Numbered from the stretch's first letter, positions 27,455 through 43,002 are shown. The stretch is DNA of 64,000 nt from Eledone cirrhosa (GCA_964016885.1 OZ024743.1:74834001-74898000); one strand, 5' to 3'. Notes: generated by a model not told the origin, from the sequence alone. Numbers and translations are program-made.

Positions 27455-28789
27455 TATTCTGTAATGTCCTTAGTATTATTTCACTAAATAAAATTATCAT
27501 TAAGAGATAACGTCTAGTGTCCCTTCAACCAATATACGACCAGCATGGAAAACTATTAATAACGTAATTTCGTTCATAACAATTAAAGACTTTAAGAAAT
27601 CCAATGCTTCGAAATGTTTAATTACCATCAACGTTAAATAAATTTCAATTTATATTCTAAAGAAAAATGTTGGATTGTTTCTGTGTATTTAATTAATAGA
27701 GTTTCCCGGGTCTTTTCCTGCTTAGACACAAGTCAATATTTTGAATCAATTCCCATTTTTCCTGTCTGTTTTACATTCAGATTAATATTAGTTTGCAGTA
27801 ATGCTGGAATCAAATTCATTTTAGTTTCCAGAAAATCTCATTTTTAATCTCATTCTTTTCCTGATTTAAATTAATTTCAGAATTTCTGTATCTTCTTTCA
27901 CGTTACGTTCTCTCTTAGTAAAAATACTTGCGGTATTATTATTATTTATTTATTTATTTATTTTATCGACCCTTAATGAAAAGTGACCACGATTTTCATG
28001 ACACAAGAATTACAAATCCCTTATATAACGACAGAATATTCCAAACAAAATATATTTACAGACGCATCAGATGAGAATCTTTAAATGCTGTTTGGTAGTA
28101 ATATAATATGATAGCTAAAGTTATACATACGAAATATATAACTTTACTGCAGCTGTTTTACTGATTATTCTACTCTTTATATTTTTACTTAATTTTACTT
28201 TTGTAGAACAACTTTCTATATATCGTTGGAAAAACTCGTAATAGTGATTGCCTTTTAAGTGAACACGTTAAAAACTGAACACATCTGCTCCAACCAGAAA
28301 TGTTGAATTGACATAATCAAACAGCCCACTTACGAATTGCTGGACTCCTTCGTAATCTTCGGAGATAACATCACATCTAGAGAAATGAAAGCAAAACTTT
28401 CCAACTAAAATCATAAAATTGTCTTGATTGTCTCTGAAATTGATCCCGATCTGGTGATATTAAGGGACGCTTATCCCATGCTATTGTGGAATCAGTTATA
28501 TCATTTGCGTTCACTGCTTAACACTTATGAAACACCTGGAGGCAAGCTTTGATGGCGCTGACATCTGTATATAACCAGGCTTAATCATTATTATATTTTT
28601 TAATCACTTTTTCTTAGAATATTGAAAACATTTACACGTGTCTCTTGTGAGGTTTCGGGTGGGAGTGCAATGGAGGTGGTGTGTATAAAACAGTAGAAAT
28701 ATGGCACATATATTTGTGACAAAGTGAACAGTTGTTTCAGAAATATATTGTAGGAGTAAAGAAATTTATGTCATGATCAATATGTAAAG

Positions 28790-29758
28790 GGAATGTACAT
28801 AACTTAGAAGTAAGGGTGTTGGACTTACGGTTATAATATTGTGGGTTCGATTCCTGGGCTGGGCTGAGTTGTGTGTTGTGTTCTTGAGAAAACCATTTCA
28901 TTTCATGTTGCTACAGTATACTCAGCTGGAAAGAGGTACCGGCAATAGCTGGGGGTTTAACTCTGCGATGAACTGGCTTCCTGTTCAGGGGGAAGTATTT
29001 TATTCTCGGTCACTTCACGCCTCAAAACGGGGAGAAGCTCCAGCCTGACGATCCTGCTCGGTTGTGACACATTTTAAGCTAAACTTTAGATTAATATGAA
29101 AAACAAAATATTCTTCAATAATTTGACAGTAGTTTAATCACCTTTTCATCACCTTTCCATATAGGAAGCAATTTTGTTGAATAGGTAACATATTATATAA
29201 GCAGATTATAGTTTAAATCATTAAATGACACTTTACAATACCCACAGCGAGACTTATGTATGTTTATTATCAAAGTCTGTCCTAGGGCGGTGGATTGGCA
29301 GTATCAGTAGAGGGTCGGACGCCATGCTTTGACGCAAGGAGTTACGTCCCTTTACGATCTGAGTTCAAATCCCGCCGAGGTTAACTTTGCCTTTCATCCT
29401 ACGGGGTCGATAAAATAAAGTACCAGTAATGTACTGAGTAATTGCTGGCCTTGTGCCAAAAGTAGAAACAATTATCTAAGTCTGTTTTAAGCCATTTAAG
29501 GCTCGTTAGGGCGGTGCTTATCCCGGTTTCATGGCGTGAAGCGACTGAGAGTGCAATACTCCCCACTGGACAGGACGCCTCTCCATCGCAGGGTTAAACC
29601 CCCAGCTATTGCTGGTACTCATTTTCAGCTGAGTATACTGGAGCAACGTGAAATGAAGTGTTTTGCTCAAGAACACAACACGCAACCCAGCCCAGTAATT
29701 GAACCCACGACATTATGATTGTAAGTCCAACACCCTTACCACTAAGCCACGCGCATCC
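28790..29758. mobile_element. Cluster of three SINEs: 28790-29060 (+), 29285-29475 (+) and 29480-29758 (-)
   Basis: B boxes ggttcgattcc and gagttcaaatcc. The middle copy has the Nin/Deu-like gcctttcatcc..ggggtcgataaaat..agtaccag domain. Confidence 0.8.
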
Positions 29759-30237
29759 ATGTTTGTTTTACATAAACATATTGTATAAGCTTTCAGAGGT
29801 ATCTATAGCCAACTATTAGCCATGAAAAGACGAACCTGCCATACATTATCATACAATTTGTGATAATAAAGAATACGTGCCTTTGTCAACAATGTCTATG
29901 AAATTAACAGTCTCGTGAATGTTCTACTAGAACCATTTATTGAATACACACACACATGTGTACACCTAAACATGCACATACACCATATACATCTGTACAC
30001 CTAAAAATGCAGACCATATACAAACACGTTCAGTGCCTCACATATACATACATACATACATACATACATACATACATACATACATACATACGTACATACA
30101 TACATACATACATACATACATACATACATACATACATACATAAATACATATATGTATAATTATGCACACACACATGGAAACACAGAGATATACATACATA
30201 TTACCACACACTTATATGTGTATATATATATATACAC

Positions 30238-30884
<647 letters not shown>

Positions 30885-30916
30885 TTATACCTCTGAATTT
30901 ACATACAAAGATTATG

Positions 30917-30958
<42 letters not shown>

Positions 30959-31049
30959 TCAACCATGCAAGTTTTAACTCTTGTTGGATGTAAGCAGTAA
31001 ACAGAAAAAAAGAAAACAAGAGAGAAAAGGGTGGAAAGAATAGAAAAGT

Positions 31050-31370
31050 ATTCTTCTTCTTCTTCTTCTTCTTCTTCTTCTTCTTCTTCTTCTTCTTCTT
31101 CTTCTTCTTCTTCTTCTTCTTCTTCTTCTTCTTCTTCTTCTTCTTCTTCTTCGCCCACTTATTCCTGAGGGGTTGTAGAGACAGAGGCCTTCAAACTCTC
31201 CCTATAGCGGGTCCTGTCAGAAGCAACCGTCTCCAACTGATCCAGCTGGATCCCAAAGAGGGGTCACAGCTCCGATACTATGGACAAGTGATTGTCAAAG
31301 GAAAGTATCGCTGGACATCCATGAGCTTGGCTGCTCTCGCTTGGAGATCCAGTCGGATCAGTAGAAAGAA
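31050..31370. mobile_element. (TTC)n tract with rearranged RTE-like 3' pieces
   Basis: 31050-31152 is (TTC)n; the adjacent sequence matches the 3' end of the 26380 family in both orientations. Confidence 0.65.
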
Positions 31371-31541
31371 TAGAAGTATCGACATTGTAAATAAGATGCC
31401 ATATATATACACTAACCTTTACACAGACATGCTCTCACACGCCACCATAATGCACACGCCGACGTGACAGTTGAAAATTACAAATAGGTATATATGTATC
31501 AAAATATATATGTATGTGTGTGTGTGTGTGTGTGTGTATCA

Positions 31542-31573
<32 letters not shown>

Positions 31574-31616
31574 ATCAAATATATGTGTGCGTGTGTGTGC
31601 GTGTGTGTGTGTATCA

Positions 31617-31691
<75 letters not shown>

Positions 31692-31779
31692 CGTGTGTGT
31701 ATATATCAACATATATACATATATATGTGTGTGTGTGTGTATCAAATATATGTGTGATTGTGTGTGCGTGTGTGTGTAT

Positions 31780-31818
<39 letters not shown>

Positions 31819-31821
31819 ATT

Positions 31822-31882
<61 letters not shown>

Positions 31883-31945
31883 TATGCTGATTAGCCAAAT
31901 CGGCATACTGAGCGATTTTACGACTAGCTTATCAAAATATATATG

Positions 31946-31996
<51 letters not shown>

Positions 31997-32324
31997 ATTA
32001 GCCAAATCGGCATACTGAGCGATTTTACGACTAGCTTTGCTGAAAATTAAAAACAAAATTAATTTTATTCATGTTAAATATATATTAACATTTCCCTGCA
32101 AATATAGGAAGATTTTGATAACTTTTGGATTCATATTCCAGTACTGTTATAAACTTTTATATTGTATTGAGGATAATTTGATCGTGTTAGAATATTCATA
32201 TAAACGACTTAATGGATATTGACAAAATACTTATAGGCTTGAAAGGCAAATATTATATTTCCATATATTGAATGTTTGATGGTAGAACACGTTTAAAAGT
32301 TCCATTTCTACAAGGAAAATAACG

Positions 32325-32394
32325 TACCACTATCATATATATATATATACATATATATATACTATAACCACCAACTATAACGTAGTACTATCAT

Positions 32395-32429
<35 letters not shown>

Positions 32430-32644
32430 CATACATAAATATATATATATATATATATATACTACAACCACCAACTATAACGTAGCACTATCATATGTAT
32501 ATATATATATATATATAAACATATACATATATATATATATATATATATACATACATATACATAAATATATATATATATATATATATACTACAACCACCAA
32601 CAATAACGTAGCACTATCATATGTATATATATATATATATAAAC

Positions 32645-32700
<56 letters not shown>

Positions 32701-32720
32701 TACAGCCACAAACAATAACA
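32325..32720. repeat. Compound minisatellite: ~33-bp core repeated 3-4 times, spaced by variable (TA)n
   Basis: actacaaccaccaactataacgtagcactatcat recurs at ~32361, 32461 and 32587, with a partial copy at 32699. Confidence 0.8.
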
Positions 32721-33164
32721 AATGCCAATCCACCATCTGAATTTCCATATTAAATATATTTTGCTTCTGTTCTAGTTTACTATTCAATCATTCTTGTAGA
32801 AGATCCACGAGGAAAATAGTTGCAATGGTCATTTAGGACGATCAATCAAATATCTGTAGATTCTCATCTTTCCATCGTCTGCAACTCACTTAGCGCCAGA
32901 AATGTTTGTTTTAATACAGAGGTCAACTCTAGAACATCATGGACTCTTACTTACAATAACATTGCTATTAAACAGTACTGAAAATACTTACAGATATACA
33001 TTTATCTATGCATATATGTATATCTGTATGTATAAATGCATGTATGTATGTATGTATGTATGTATGTATGTATGTATGTATGTATGTATGTATGTATGTA
33101 TGTATGTATGGATGTAAGTATCTATCTATCTATATATGTATGTATATACGTATGTATGTGTGTT

Positions 33165-33267
<103 letters not shown>

Positions 33268-33389
33268 ATATGTATGTTCTGGTTTTATAATTTTATAAAT
33301 TTTTACCAATAAAGAGAGAGTGTCAGTTTCTAACATAGTCACACGACTCTTTCATTGGAATTTACACAACATCAACTAGGTAGATATGT

Positions 33390-34100
33390 ATGCATGTCTG
33401 CATGCATGTGTGTGCAGGTATGGATGTTATTTTATGTGTGTATATGTATGTTTTGAGTTATATATGTGCACGTGTATATGTTTTGTATCTGTCTGTACAT
33501 GTGTATATGCAGTTATTAGATGCAGAGAATTTGGAATATTTTACATATTTTTACTGTTCCGTTAATGGATTGTACTTGTAATTTCCTAACTAGTTTTCTT
33601 TCTGTTCCTGTGAAGCACAGCTTCTCAAGATTTGTATTGATGCAGATACTAACATATCCCAGTGCCCCAATAATCACAGGTATAAATCTGAAGGTATAAT
33701 CAGGGTGGAGTATCTGCAGGTTTCTCATTAGTTCTGCATAAATATTCTCCTTTTCGCTAATCTTTAATATTACATTGGTGTCTGCTGGGCAGCTAACTTC
33801 CACTACTGTGCATGCTTTCTTTTTCCTGTCCCATATCATTATATCTGGTCTGTTGTGTTTTCATTTTACTGGGGCTTTTACTGGAACATTCCACCAGTAC
33901 TCTTTCATATTATGTACAGCATTACTGTAGCTTTTAATATGTTTATTATCGGAGCTATCTTTTCTACGGATTGCATTGTAAAGTATTTTGGCCACTACAT
34001 CATCTCTCATAGGTAGATAGTACCGTGATGACATCTTTGGACAGCTGCTTATGACATGGATGACGTCTTCGACGTTAATTCTGCAGAGTTTGCATTTGTG
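33390..34100 (-). mobile_element. Dong/R4-like LINE 3' fragment (CCHC + RLE) embedded in (CATA)n
   Basis: KCKLC..EDVIHVISSC..YLPMRDD, EYWWN, NRPDIMIWD, VEVSCP, PVIIGALG, VKICK. Confidence 0.85.
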
Positions 34101-34192
34101 TATGTATGTATGTAAGTTTCCATATATGCATGTATGTTTGTATGTATGTATGTTTATTTCTGTGTATGTATGTATGTATGTATGTATGTATG

Positions 34193-34226
<34 letters not shown>

Positions 34227-34361
34227 TGTATGTATGTATGTATGTATGTATGTATGTATGTTTGTTTCTGTGTATGTATGTATGTATGTATGTATGTATG
34301 TATGCATGTATGTATGTATGTATGTATGTATGTATGTATGTATGTATGTATGTATGTATGT

Positions 34362-34675
34362 ATACTGTTTCGCTTTCTCTTAATTTCGAGTACATTTCTG
34401 ACCGGCTACCTTCCTGGTGGCAAGGTTGTAAAAGAAAAGAAATTGTCATCCCTTGAATCGCAAGAATGTTTTGCAAATTTTGAAGGTGCCAGCTATCGCA
34501 GCCATTTGTAGACTATGAATTAGGGAGCTGCGTTCTTTGTCCACAAATCCAAGTTCAGTTATACTTTGGTCCAAGCGGGTTGGTATATAACATGTAGCTC
34601 CAATAATGATGGGTATGAAGCTGAAGGTGTATCTTGGATACTGGATCTTCAAAGTCCTCAGCAATGGTCCGTAGA
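34362..34675 (-). mobile_element. Second RLE C-terminal fragment flanked by (CATA)n
   Basis: YGPLLRTLKIQYPRYTFSFIPIIIGAT...GTFKICKTFLRF, short 3' UTR, then (CATA)n. Confidence 0.8.
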
Positions 34676-35069
34676 TGTATGTATGTATTATGTATGTGTG
34701 TGTGTGTAGAATGTATGTATGTTTGTGTGTGTATGTATGTATGAATGTATGTATGTATGTAGGCATGTGTGTGTATGCGTGTGTGTATGTATGCATGTAT
34801 GTATGAATCACATATTTGCACGAGGTCTGTGTAAACCGTATCCGACTTTAGGCGGGGAAAAGATATTAGGCTGGATGCGTCTGTCGCTGTCAGGCAGCCT
34901 GACAGAATGGATGCAGTCAACGAACTCGCCCTAAACTATTCATGCGCATGAGTTTATGAGGCTCCGCCCCACAGAGTTTGTAATGGAGTGGTGACAAAGC
35001 AGCGGCACCATAGGTAATGAGAAGAGAATAATCAGATGAAAAGGTCTCTAGTCAAGTGAAGGTATTTAT

Positions 35070-35266
35070 AATAATTGTTTCTACTTTTGGCACAAGGCCA
35101 GCAATTATCCCATTGTATTACTGGTACTTTATTTTATCGACCCCGTAAGGATGAAAGGCAAAGTTAACCTCGGCGGGATTTGAACTCAGACCATAAAGCA
35201 TGGCATCCCACCCTCTACTGATACTGCCAATCAATGATGTATAGGATGGTTGTGATGATGATGTTT

Positions 35267-35311
<45 letters not shown>

Positions 35312-36855
35312 TCGATGATGATGATGGTATATAAGATGCTGATGGTGATGTTGATGATTTAGACACAAGGCCATCAATTTGGAAAGTCAACTAAATCAAC
35401 ATCAGTACATTACTGGTACTTTATTTTATCGACCCGGTAAAAATGAAAGGCAAAGTTAACATCGGCGAGATTTGAACGCATAACGTAAAGAGAGTTTAAC
35501 CTTGTGATGGACTGGCATCCTGTCCAGGGAGGAGTTTTGTACCCTTTGTCGCTTCATGTCGGGAAACTGGGATAAGTACCGGTCTAACGAGCTTCCTGGC
35601 TTGAGACAGACCTTAGAATGAATACCCACATTTATGGTCGAATATCAGTTAAAGTTACTCCTCGACGCATAGAGTTACGGCCCTTGCCATTCTGAGTTCA
35701 AATCCCGCTGAGGTTAACTTTGCCTTACTGGGTCGATAAAATAAAGTACCAGTAATACACTGGGATAATTTCTGGCCTTGTGCCAAAAGTAGAAACAATT
35801 ATTTCATCCCGCGGAGGTTAAGTTTGCCTTCCATCCTTACAGGCTCGATAAAATAAAGTACCAGTAATGTACTGGAATAATTGCTGCCCTTGTGCCAAAA
35901 GTAGAAACAATTATTTCAATTTACAGATGTTTCTGTCCACCCTGTCCTTCTCTAAGAGTAAATTGCTCCAATTTCTTGTTATTTTCAGCATTTAGGACGT
36001 TCACATTTTCATATATGTGGAAATAACTCTTACAGGAATAGCATTGTACTCTAGAAGACAATTCTATGTAAGATAAATTATGTACACTCTTTACATAAGG
36101 TATTGAGTACTTTAGATAACTATGGTGTTTCTCTCCGTTCCTCTCTGTATGTGTATGTCCACAATTGAAAAAAGAATCTGTTCTAATATGAATATATATA
36201 ACATATATAGCATATAGTGAAGGCGTGGTGTGGCTGAGTGGTTAGAGATTTGGATTCACAATCTTGAGGTTGTGAGTTCTATTCCTGGACCGGGCGATGT
36301 GTTATGTCCTTGAGCAAGACACTTTATTTCACGTTGTTCCTTCAAGTTGCGACCGCTGAATAGTACTAGCAATTGGAAGACCGACGGAAACATTGTTTCC
36401 TCGGTCCTAATTGATGAAAGTCGATCGATATAGCATATATAACATATATAATATATATAACATATATAATATATATATAACATATATAATATATATAACA
36501 TATATAATATATATAACATATATGACATATATAATATATATAACATATAATATATATAATATATATAACATTATAACATATATAATATATATATAACATA
36601 TATAATATATATAACATTATAATATATATAACATATATGACATATATAACATATATAACATATAATTGTTTCTACTTTTGGCAGCAAATACACCAGTGTA
36701 TTACTGGTACTTTATTTTATCGTAAGGATACCCCGTAAGGATGAAAGGCAAAGTTAACTTCGGCGGGATTTGAACTCAGAATGGCAAGGGCCGTAAGTCT
36801 ATACGTCAAAGCATGGCGTCCGACCCTCTACCGATACTGCCAATCCACCGGCCCT
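35070..36855. mobile_element. SINE cluster of about six partial copies on both strands, with (GAT)n and an ATATATAAC/T minisatellite (36430-36665)
   Basis: Repeated gtcgataaaataaagtaccagt and gagttcaaatcccgc motifs; tRNA head at 36222-36335. Confidence 0.75.
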
Positions 36856-37257
36856 TATATATAACATATATAATATATATAACATGAATTTCTGAACCAG
36901 TATCTTTTCCTTGGGTGTAACCCTTAACAAGAAAACAAGAGCGAAGGAGAGGATGGGGGGGGGGGGCGAGAATAAGCGATAGACTACGAGAACGGTGGGA
37001 GAGATAGCAATATGAATAACAAGAGAGTAAACATATGAAAGAGTTTGGGTTATAACTGTCGCCATATAAAATATACTGAAGTAGCACTAAATAGCGCCAG
37101 CTTCTATAAACTTATGTTGCGAAAGAACGGTAAAAAATCTAATTTGTTTACTCCCAACATTAGATTCCAATGATAACTGACATCTGATTAATGAATTTGC
37201 ATTTTTACTATTACATTTGAAAAGAATCCATATTTCTCTTAAAAAGACACTTTACAC

Positions 37258-37307
<50 letters not shown>

Positions 37308-37415
37308 TGATGAGCAGAACAAACAAACATTAAACAATCCTTTAAATAAATTATTGTAGACACCCTATATATCTCAGTGTGTACTTAGTGCTCAATGAGA
37401 TATTTACCTCATTTT

Positions 37416-37448
<33 letters not shown>

Positions 37449-37513
37449 ATGTGTGTGTATGTGTGTGTATGTATGTGTGTGAATATGTATATGTATATAT
37501 GCATACATATAAT

Positions 37514-37546
<33 letters not shown>

Positions 37547-37595
37547 CATACAAACATGTATATATATATATATATATATACATACACACACACAC

Positions 37596-37634
<39 letters not shown>

Positions 37635-37651
37635 CACACATATATATATAT

Positions 37652-37710
<59 letters not shown>

Positions 37711-37825
37711 CATACATACATACATGTATATATATATATATGCATGTATATACGGAGGATACATATACAAATATATATATATATACATGTATGTATGTAT
37801 ACACATATACATACATTTATGTATG

Positions 37826-37859
<34 letters not shown>

Positions 37860-38442
37860 ATGGGTGGGTGTGCGTGTGCGCGTCTGTGTGTATGCGAGTG
37901 TGTGCGTATGTGCGCGCGCGTATTTGTGTGTGTGTGCCAATATCTGTGTACGTGTGTGAGCCAGTAAATGTATAATCATTAATCATTCTTTAAAATTTAC
38001 TTCCTCTTCTTAATATTAATATTCCTCTCTCTTCACTTCATATGTTGTAGACTTCATGTAAATTCCCCCTAATTGTACGTCAGAATTCTTACCATTCTTC
38101 AAAATCATCAACTATTAAATGAACTTATTGAGAAAAAGTAAATACTTGAATAATTTAAATGAACCTTCGTCTGAAACAACCAAAAAGAAATTCTGAAAAA
38201 TTTTCATTGAAGGTTTTTTTGGAATAATACTAATTGGAATAGAAGAGTTGGATGTTCAAAGGTTTCTTTGAAATTCCATATCAAATAGAAGGCTAATACT
38301 TTTTATAAGGGTTAAGAAAGTATGATAAACGTTATATATCGTCAAGAGATCTATATAATACACATATATTCAAAAGTAGATAATTTGATTTAGAAATGAT
38401 CTGACACGGTGGGAAATAGAAGTCGTCTTGAAATAATGAATG

Positions 38443-38516
<74 letters not shown>

Positions 38517-38722
38517 TATGGGGGGGAGTCTCCGAGGCTGAGACCGGGGAGACAAGTAAGCATAGGAGTACTCATGGGAGAGTGGGTATAGAGTTATGTA
38601 AAATCCCGACCTCTTGGCACCACGGTCGGTTTTTTACATACCCACTATATATGTATATATATATGTGTGTGTGTGTGTATTTGTATACATTGCATTCTTA
38701 TACATATTATATATACTATATA

Positions 38723-39215
38723 CTAGCAGAAAAATCGACCTTCGGTACATGTGTAGTGTGCATTTTGATATTATACGCTAGTATATATGCATGTAGATAT
38801 GATATGTCAAATAAAATGGTAATTGACAATATACACAGAAATTGAAGAGAGACTGTGTTACACCCTCTTCTGTAATCAGTAACGTAATCCATGATACATT
38901 TAAAAAAGACGATATTATATATAAACTGCAGGAGAAAATTAGCGATGGAAATATATGCAATGACTTTATAACTGCTATAATATAATGGACGTTAACCGGG
39001 AGTGTTCACATTTGAAAATTTTAGAGAACTGAATCTTTAAATAAGCAGTAAAATTATTTATATCTAATCAAGAGTTACGAAATACCAAATTTAGTACATA
39101 AATTATGTAATATCCATTCATTATTTATTCAAAGTAATCCAACTTATTTTACAAACGAGAAAAAAATATATATTCTGGACGCAGTCCCGCACTGCTTTCT
39201 TTATTATAATTAAGA
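38723..39215 (-). mobile_element. Non-autonomous Helitron, copy 2
   Basis: Reverse complement of 26975-27454, with A|TC and CTAG|T ends. Confidence 0.7.
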
Positions 39216-39230
39216 TATATATATATATAT

Positions 39231-40200
39231 ATAACGAAGGAAATGTGGTAAGGAACCAGGTGAACCATAACGCACCAAAGTACTCAATACTTAGGGTAGT
39301 AGAGTGGGTAATAGGAACCAGTAAGACCCCGACGGCTCAGCTTAAGCCGTTTCGACGGCTAATTCTGGACTAAATGAAAATTTATCCTGGTATTTAAATA
39401 GCCGAGCTTCTCAAGGGGTAATTCCATATATGGTCAAAGTGATTGTCACAAGGATTGGTCACAAGTTAGTAGTAATTCTGTGATGGCAAATTTGTGGGGG
39501 AAGGGGTAGCTAAACCTGCCAGTAGGAGAAAAAGGGGAGGGGGTGGAGTAGACTCATTTATGCGTTGGTAGTGCCAGCTACAGCTGGGCGTGAGGTCAAA
39601 GAAGATACTAGGGAGGGGGAGGGGGAGGAAGTCGAAACGGTAGGTAGAACAATGAGGGGTAAAAATATATAAAAAAAAAAAAATACTGAGAGTGATAAAA
39701 AGCGAATAAATGTAAAGAAAAAAATAAGCAAATTCTACGACCTAAGTCTCTCGCTATAGCTAGGCTAAAGAAAGAAATTTATTTATTTCAAATTTATTTA
39801 TTTCAAATTTTAAATTAGCTAAATGTTAAATTGTGTTCGCTGGTCATTGTCCGCGTAAATGCCTTTGAAGTCAAGTTCGCGGGGTATAGCCCAAACACAA
39901 CCCTAGGCCCAGAGCCCATCACCCTCTCACCTTTCACTTCTTTTCTTCTGTGGCTTAAGTGTCCCAATTTTTTTTCTCCTTTTCCTCTCATTCATGGCAT
40001 TTATACCCCTTTCCTCTACTTTCCCATACAGCCGGATCTGCCCTTCTTTACTTAATTTTGTTTCATTACTTAATTTTAGTTTTATATTTTTTTTCATAAT
40101 TATGCAATTATCAATGGTTTTTAAGCCAACTCTGTAAGTGGAACACATGTAGTGAGACTAATCTGTGGAGAAATTAATTTTAAGATTGGTAGTTATGGTG
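39231..40200 (-). mobile_element. Unfolded parent of family A (PLE-type 3' region); distal boundary approximate
   Basis: 39231-39371 equals the family A tail plus one arm, then continues as unique sequence. 39960-40052 is similar to 63890-63985. Confidence 0.7.
39326..39419 (-). ncRNA. Type I hammerhead-like motif, U3:A8 variant, with long stem II
   Basis: acccc-TTGAGAA-gct-cggcta[37 nt]tagccg-tc-GAAAC-ggct-taagctg-agcc-GTC-ggggt. Confidence 0.65.
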
Positions 40201-40606
40201 ACAAATTCTGGTATATTGAGGTCATATTAGATCTTGTCAAACCTGGATAGATTTAACAGGCAACACCAACCGGCAAGAGACCCAGAGGTAGACCCCCAGC
40301 AAGATGACTGGATAACATCCATGAGCTTAGCTGGTCTAGCTTGGGGATCCAGCAGAATCAATTGGAGACGGTTGCTTCTGACAGGACTCGCTGGAAGGAG
40401 TGTTTGAGGACTCTGGCTCCACAACCCAATTACAAAAGGACTATTGAAATGTTTCAGTGCACTCAACGATGTGAGTGCACTCATCGAACTGTGTGGCTTC
40501 TTTGCTTTTGTACATCTAATTACTGATATTTAGGCAATAATTACCAATTTCAACAAGAAAACTATATAACAGAAACTATATTAACACGTATATACATATA
40601 ATATTT

Positions 40607-41283
40607 GCGTTTCGTTAATTTCTACCCGCCGAAATGCGATTCTCGCTAAATTTATATTTGTATTAATCTCCCAAGTCAAGCGATTAACCAGTTAATTTTT
40701 TTTTTGGGGGGGGGGCTTTTTAGTTAATTCTATTGACTGATTAATCGCTTAAGTTTATTTTAAAAACAAATCGGTAGAGAGCTTAATTCGTTTTGTGCGG
40801 TTTTTGCAAATTTTTGCAATAATTACACATGCTGAATTCACTGGCCAAAATAGGGGTTTTCTCCTCTTAGAATCTCACATGTGCTTTCATAACCTGCGAG
40901 ATTCTGGCGCAAGAAGAACAAAAACCTGTTGAGAAAGCGATGCCTTGTTCAATCATTATACCAAAAGCTTATTTTTTATAAGCAGACAGTATTATTGATT
41001 TAGGTGTTGCAGAAACCCAATTTCGGAGTATTCCATCTTCCCCGAGGGTCCGGGTAAATATTTCAATCATATCTCATTTTGTTTGACCCGTTTAGCTTGT
41101 TCGCTTTTTTGGCTATGGTGGTTAATGGCTTCTTAACCATCGTATCAGCGTGTATGACCATTTTAATTTATGTTTATAGCTCTGGTATCATGTAATTCAT
41201 ATCCATGGAGCGCTTGTCTGCACAATATGGAAGTTGCCTTTCGCTAATTTCTACCCCCCGAAATGCGATTCTCGCTAAATTTA

Positions 41284-41290
<7 letters not shown>
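40607..41290. mobile_element. Non-coding unit with ~50-bp terminal direct repeats (period ~630 bp) ending in (TA)n
   Basis: taatttctacc.ccgaaatgcgattctcgctaaatttatattt occurs at ~40616 and ~41246. Confidence 0.55.
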
Positions 41291-41370
<80 letters not shown>

Positions 41371-42327
41371 GTATGTATGTATATACAGTATATATATGTA
41401 TACATATGTATGCATATACAGTATATATATGTATATATATATTTATATAAACGTGTATATATATATATATACATATTAGGGGTGTATCTGTGTCTCTGTG
41501 TCTCTGCGTCACTGTGTCTGTGTTTGTATCTGTGTCTGTGTGTGCTTTTCTGTGTATACGTGTATGTGTGCAAAATGGAAACGAAAGTTATTTAAATTAA
41601 ATTAGCCACAAGAATATATTCAGCTTTAGAAAGTCTTGAAGACTTTTGTTAAGAAAGTTTCTTCTATTTTTTCCTCGTTGACGAAGAAATATCTCGATCA
41701 TGTCGCCAGAAGGAAATTGTTTTGTTTCGTTTGTTTTGTTTTTTTTTAAAGAATATTTCTTTCAACCATGAATTATTATTCAGAGGAATTCTTACAATAT
41801 TCTGCTGTTAGAATATAATTTGGTCATGTACAATAGATTTCGTATTGTTCTTATTATCATACGTGTTTTACTGTTCGTTTTTATACACTTATAATAATAT
41901 TAATGGTGAGAAACAACAGCTTCATCATCATTATCACTTCCTCCTCCTTCTTCCCAGTACCATCATCATCATCATCATTAAATTGCCCCTCCTCCTTCTC
42001 CCCATTACCATCATCATCATCATTATCATTATCATAGTCGCCATATCATCATCGTCATCGTCATTATCATAATCATCGTAAACTATAATTAATACCGAAC
42101 CAATGTACATGGTTATATGACATTGTAGAAATAGCAGCCACAACCTTCCGAAATTCCTCTGAAAATCGATGAACATTCAAATAATTCAGTTTTACATATA
42201 CAACCCTTGAGAGATGTTATGTCGGTCTACTCAATTTCCCTCAGAAGATATGGGTCTGCCTCAGCTTATGATAAATAACATTTGCCCAAGATGCCACTCA
42301 GTGAGATAGAATATATTTGATATTAAT

Positions 42328-42705
42328 AATTATTTCTACTTTTGGCACATTATATCAGTGTATTACTGGTACTTTATTTTATCGACCCCGTAAGGATGAA
42401 AGGCAAAGTTAACCTCGGCGGTATTTGAACTCAGACCATAAAGGGCCGTAACTCTATGCTGCAAAGCATGGTGTCTGACGCTCCACCGATACTGCCAATA
42501 ATAATTTATAATTTAGGCGCAAGATTAACAATTTAGGTGGAGAAAATTGATTATATCGACCCCGTTACGTGATCGGTATATTATTTTATCGACTTCGAAA
42601 GGATGAAATGCAAAGATGACCTCGGCGAGATTTGAACTCAGAACGTAAAGAGTTGGAACAGTTATTGCTAAGCATTTGTCCGGCACTCTACCGATACTGC
42701 CAATC
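42328..42705 (-). mobile_element. Two tandem SINEs (Nin/Deu-like domain family)
   Basis: Reverse complements of the 29285 family. Confidence 0.75.
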
Positions 42706-42820
42706 AATTGCTCTCCTTTAGCATTAACAGTGATTGTCTTTCATTGAAGTTTCCACAGAGGTAACTGCTTCATAAAACTGATTTGATAAACCGATAACTT
42801 CGAAGTAAACAGTCACTATT

Positions 42821-42867
<47 letters not shown>

Positions 42868-43002
42868 GTGAGTGCATGTGTGTATGAGTATGTATGTATA
42901 TTTATACATAAATGCATATATATCATATATATATATACATATATATTTACATGTGTATATATATACATACATACGTATATATATATGTGTGTACGTGTGT
43001 GT

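Noticed and set aside
31884-32037. 45-bp direct repeat around (TG)n as a target-site duplication
   Set aside because: No element lies between the repeats; local slippage duplication is sufficient.
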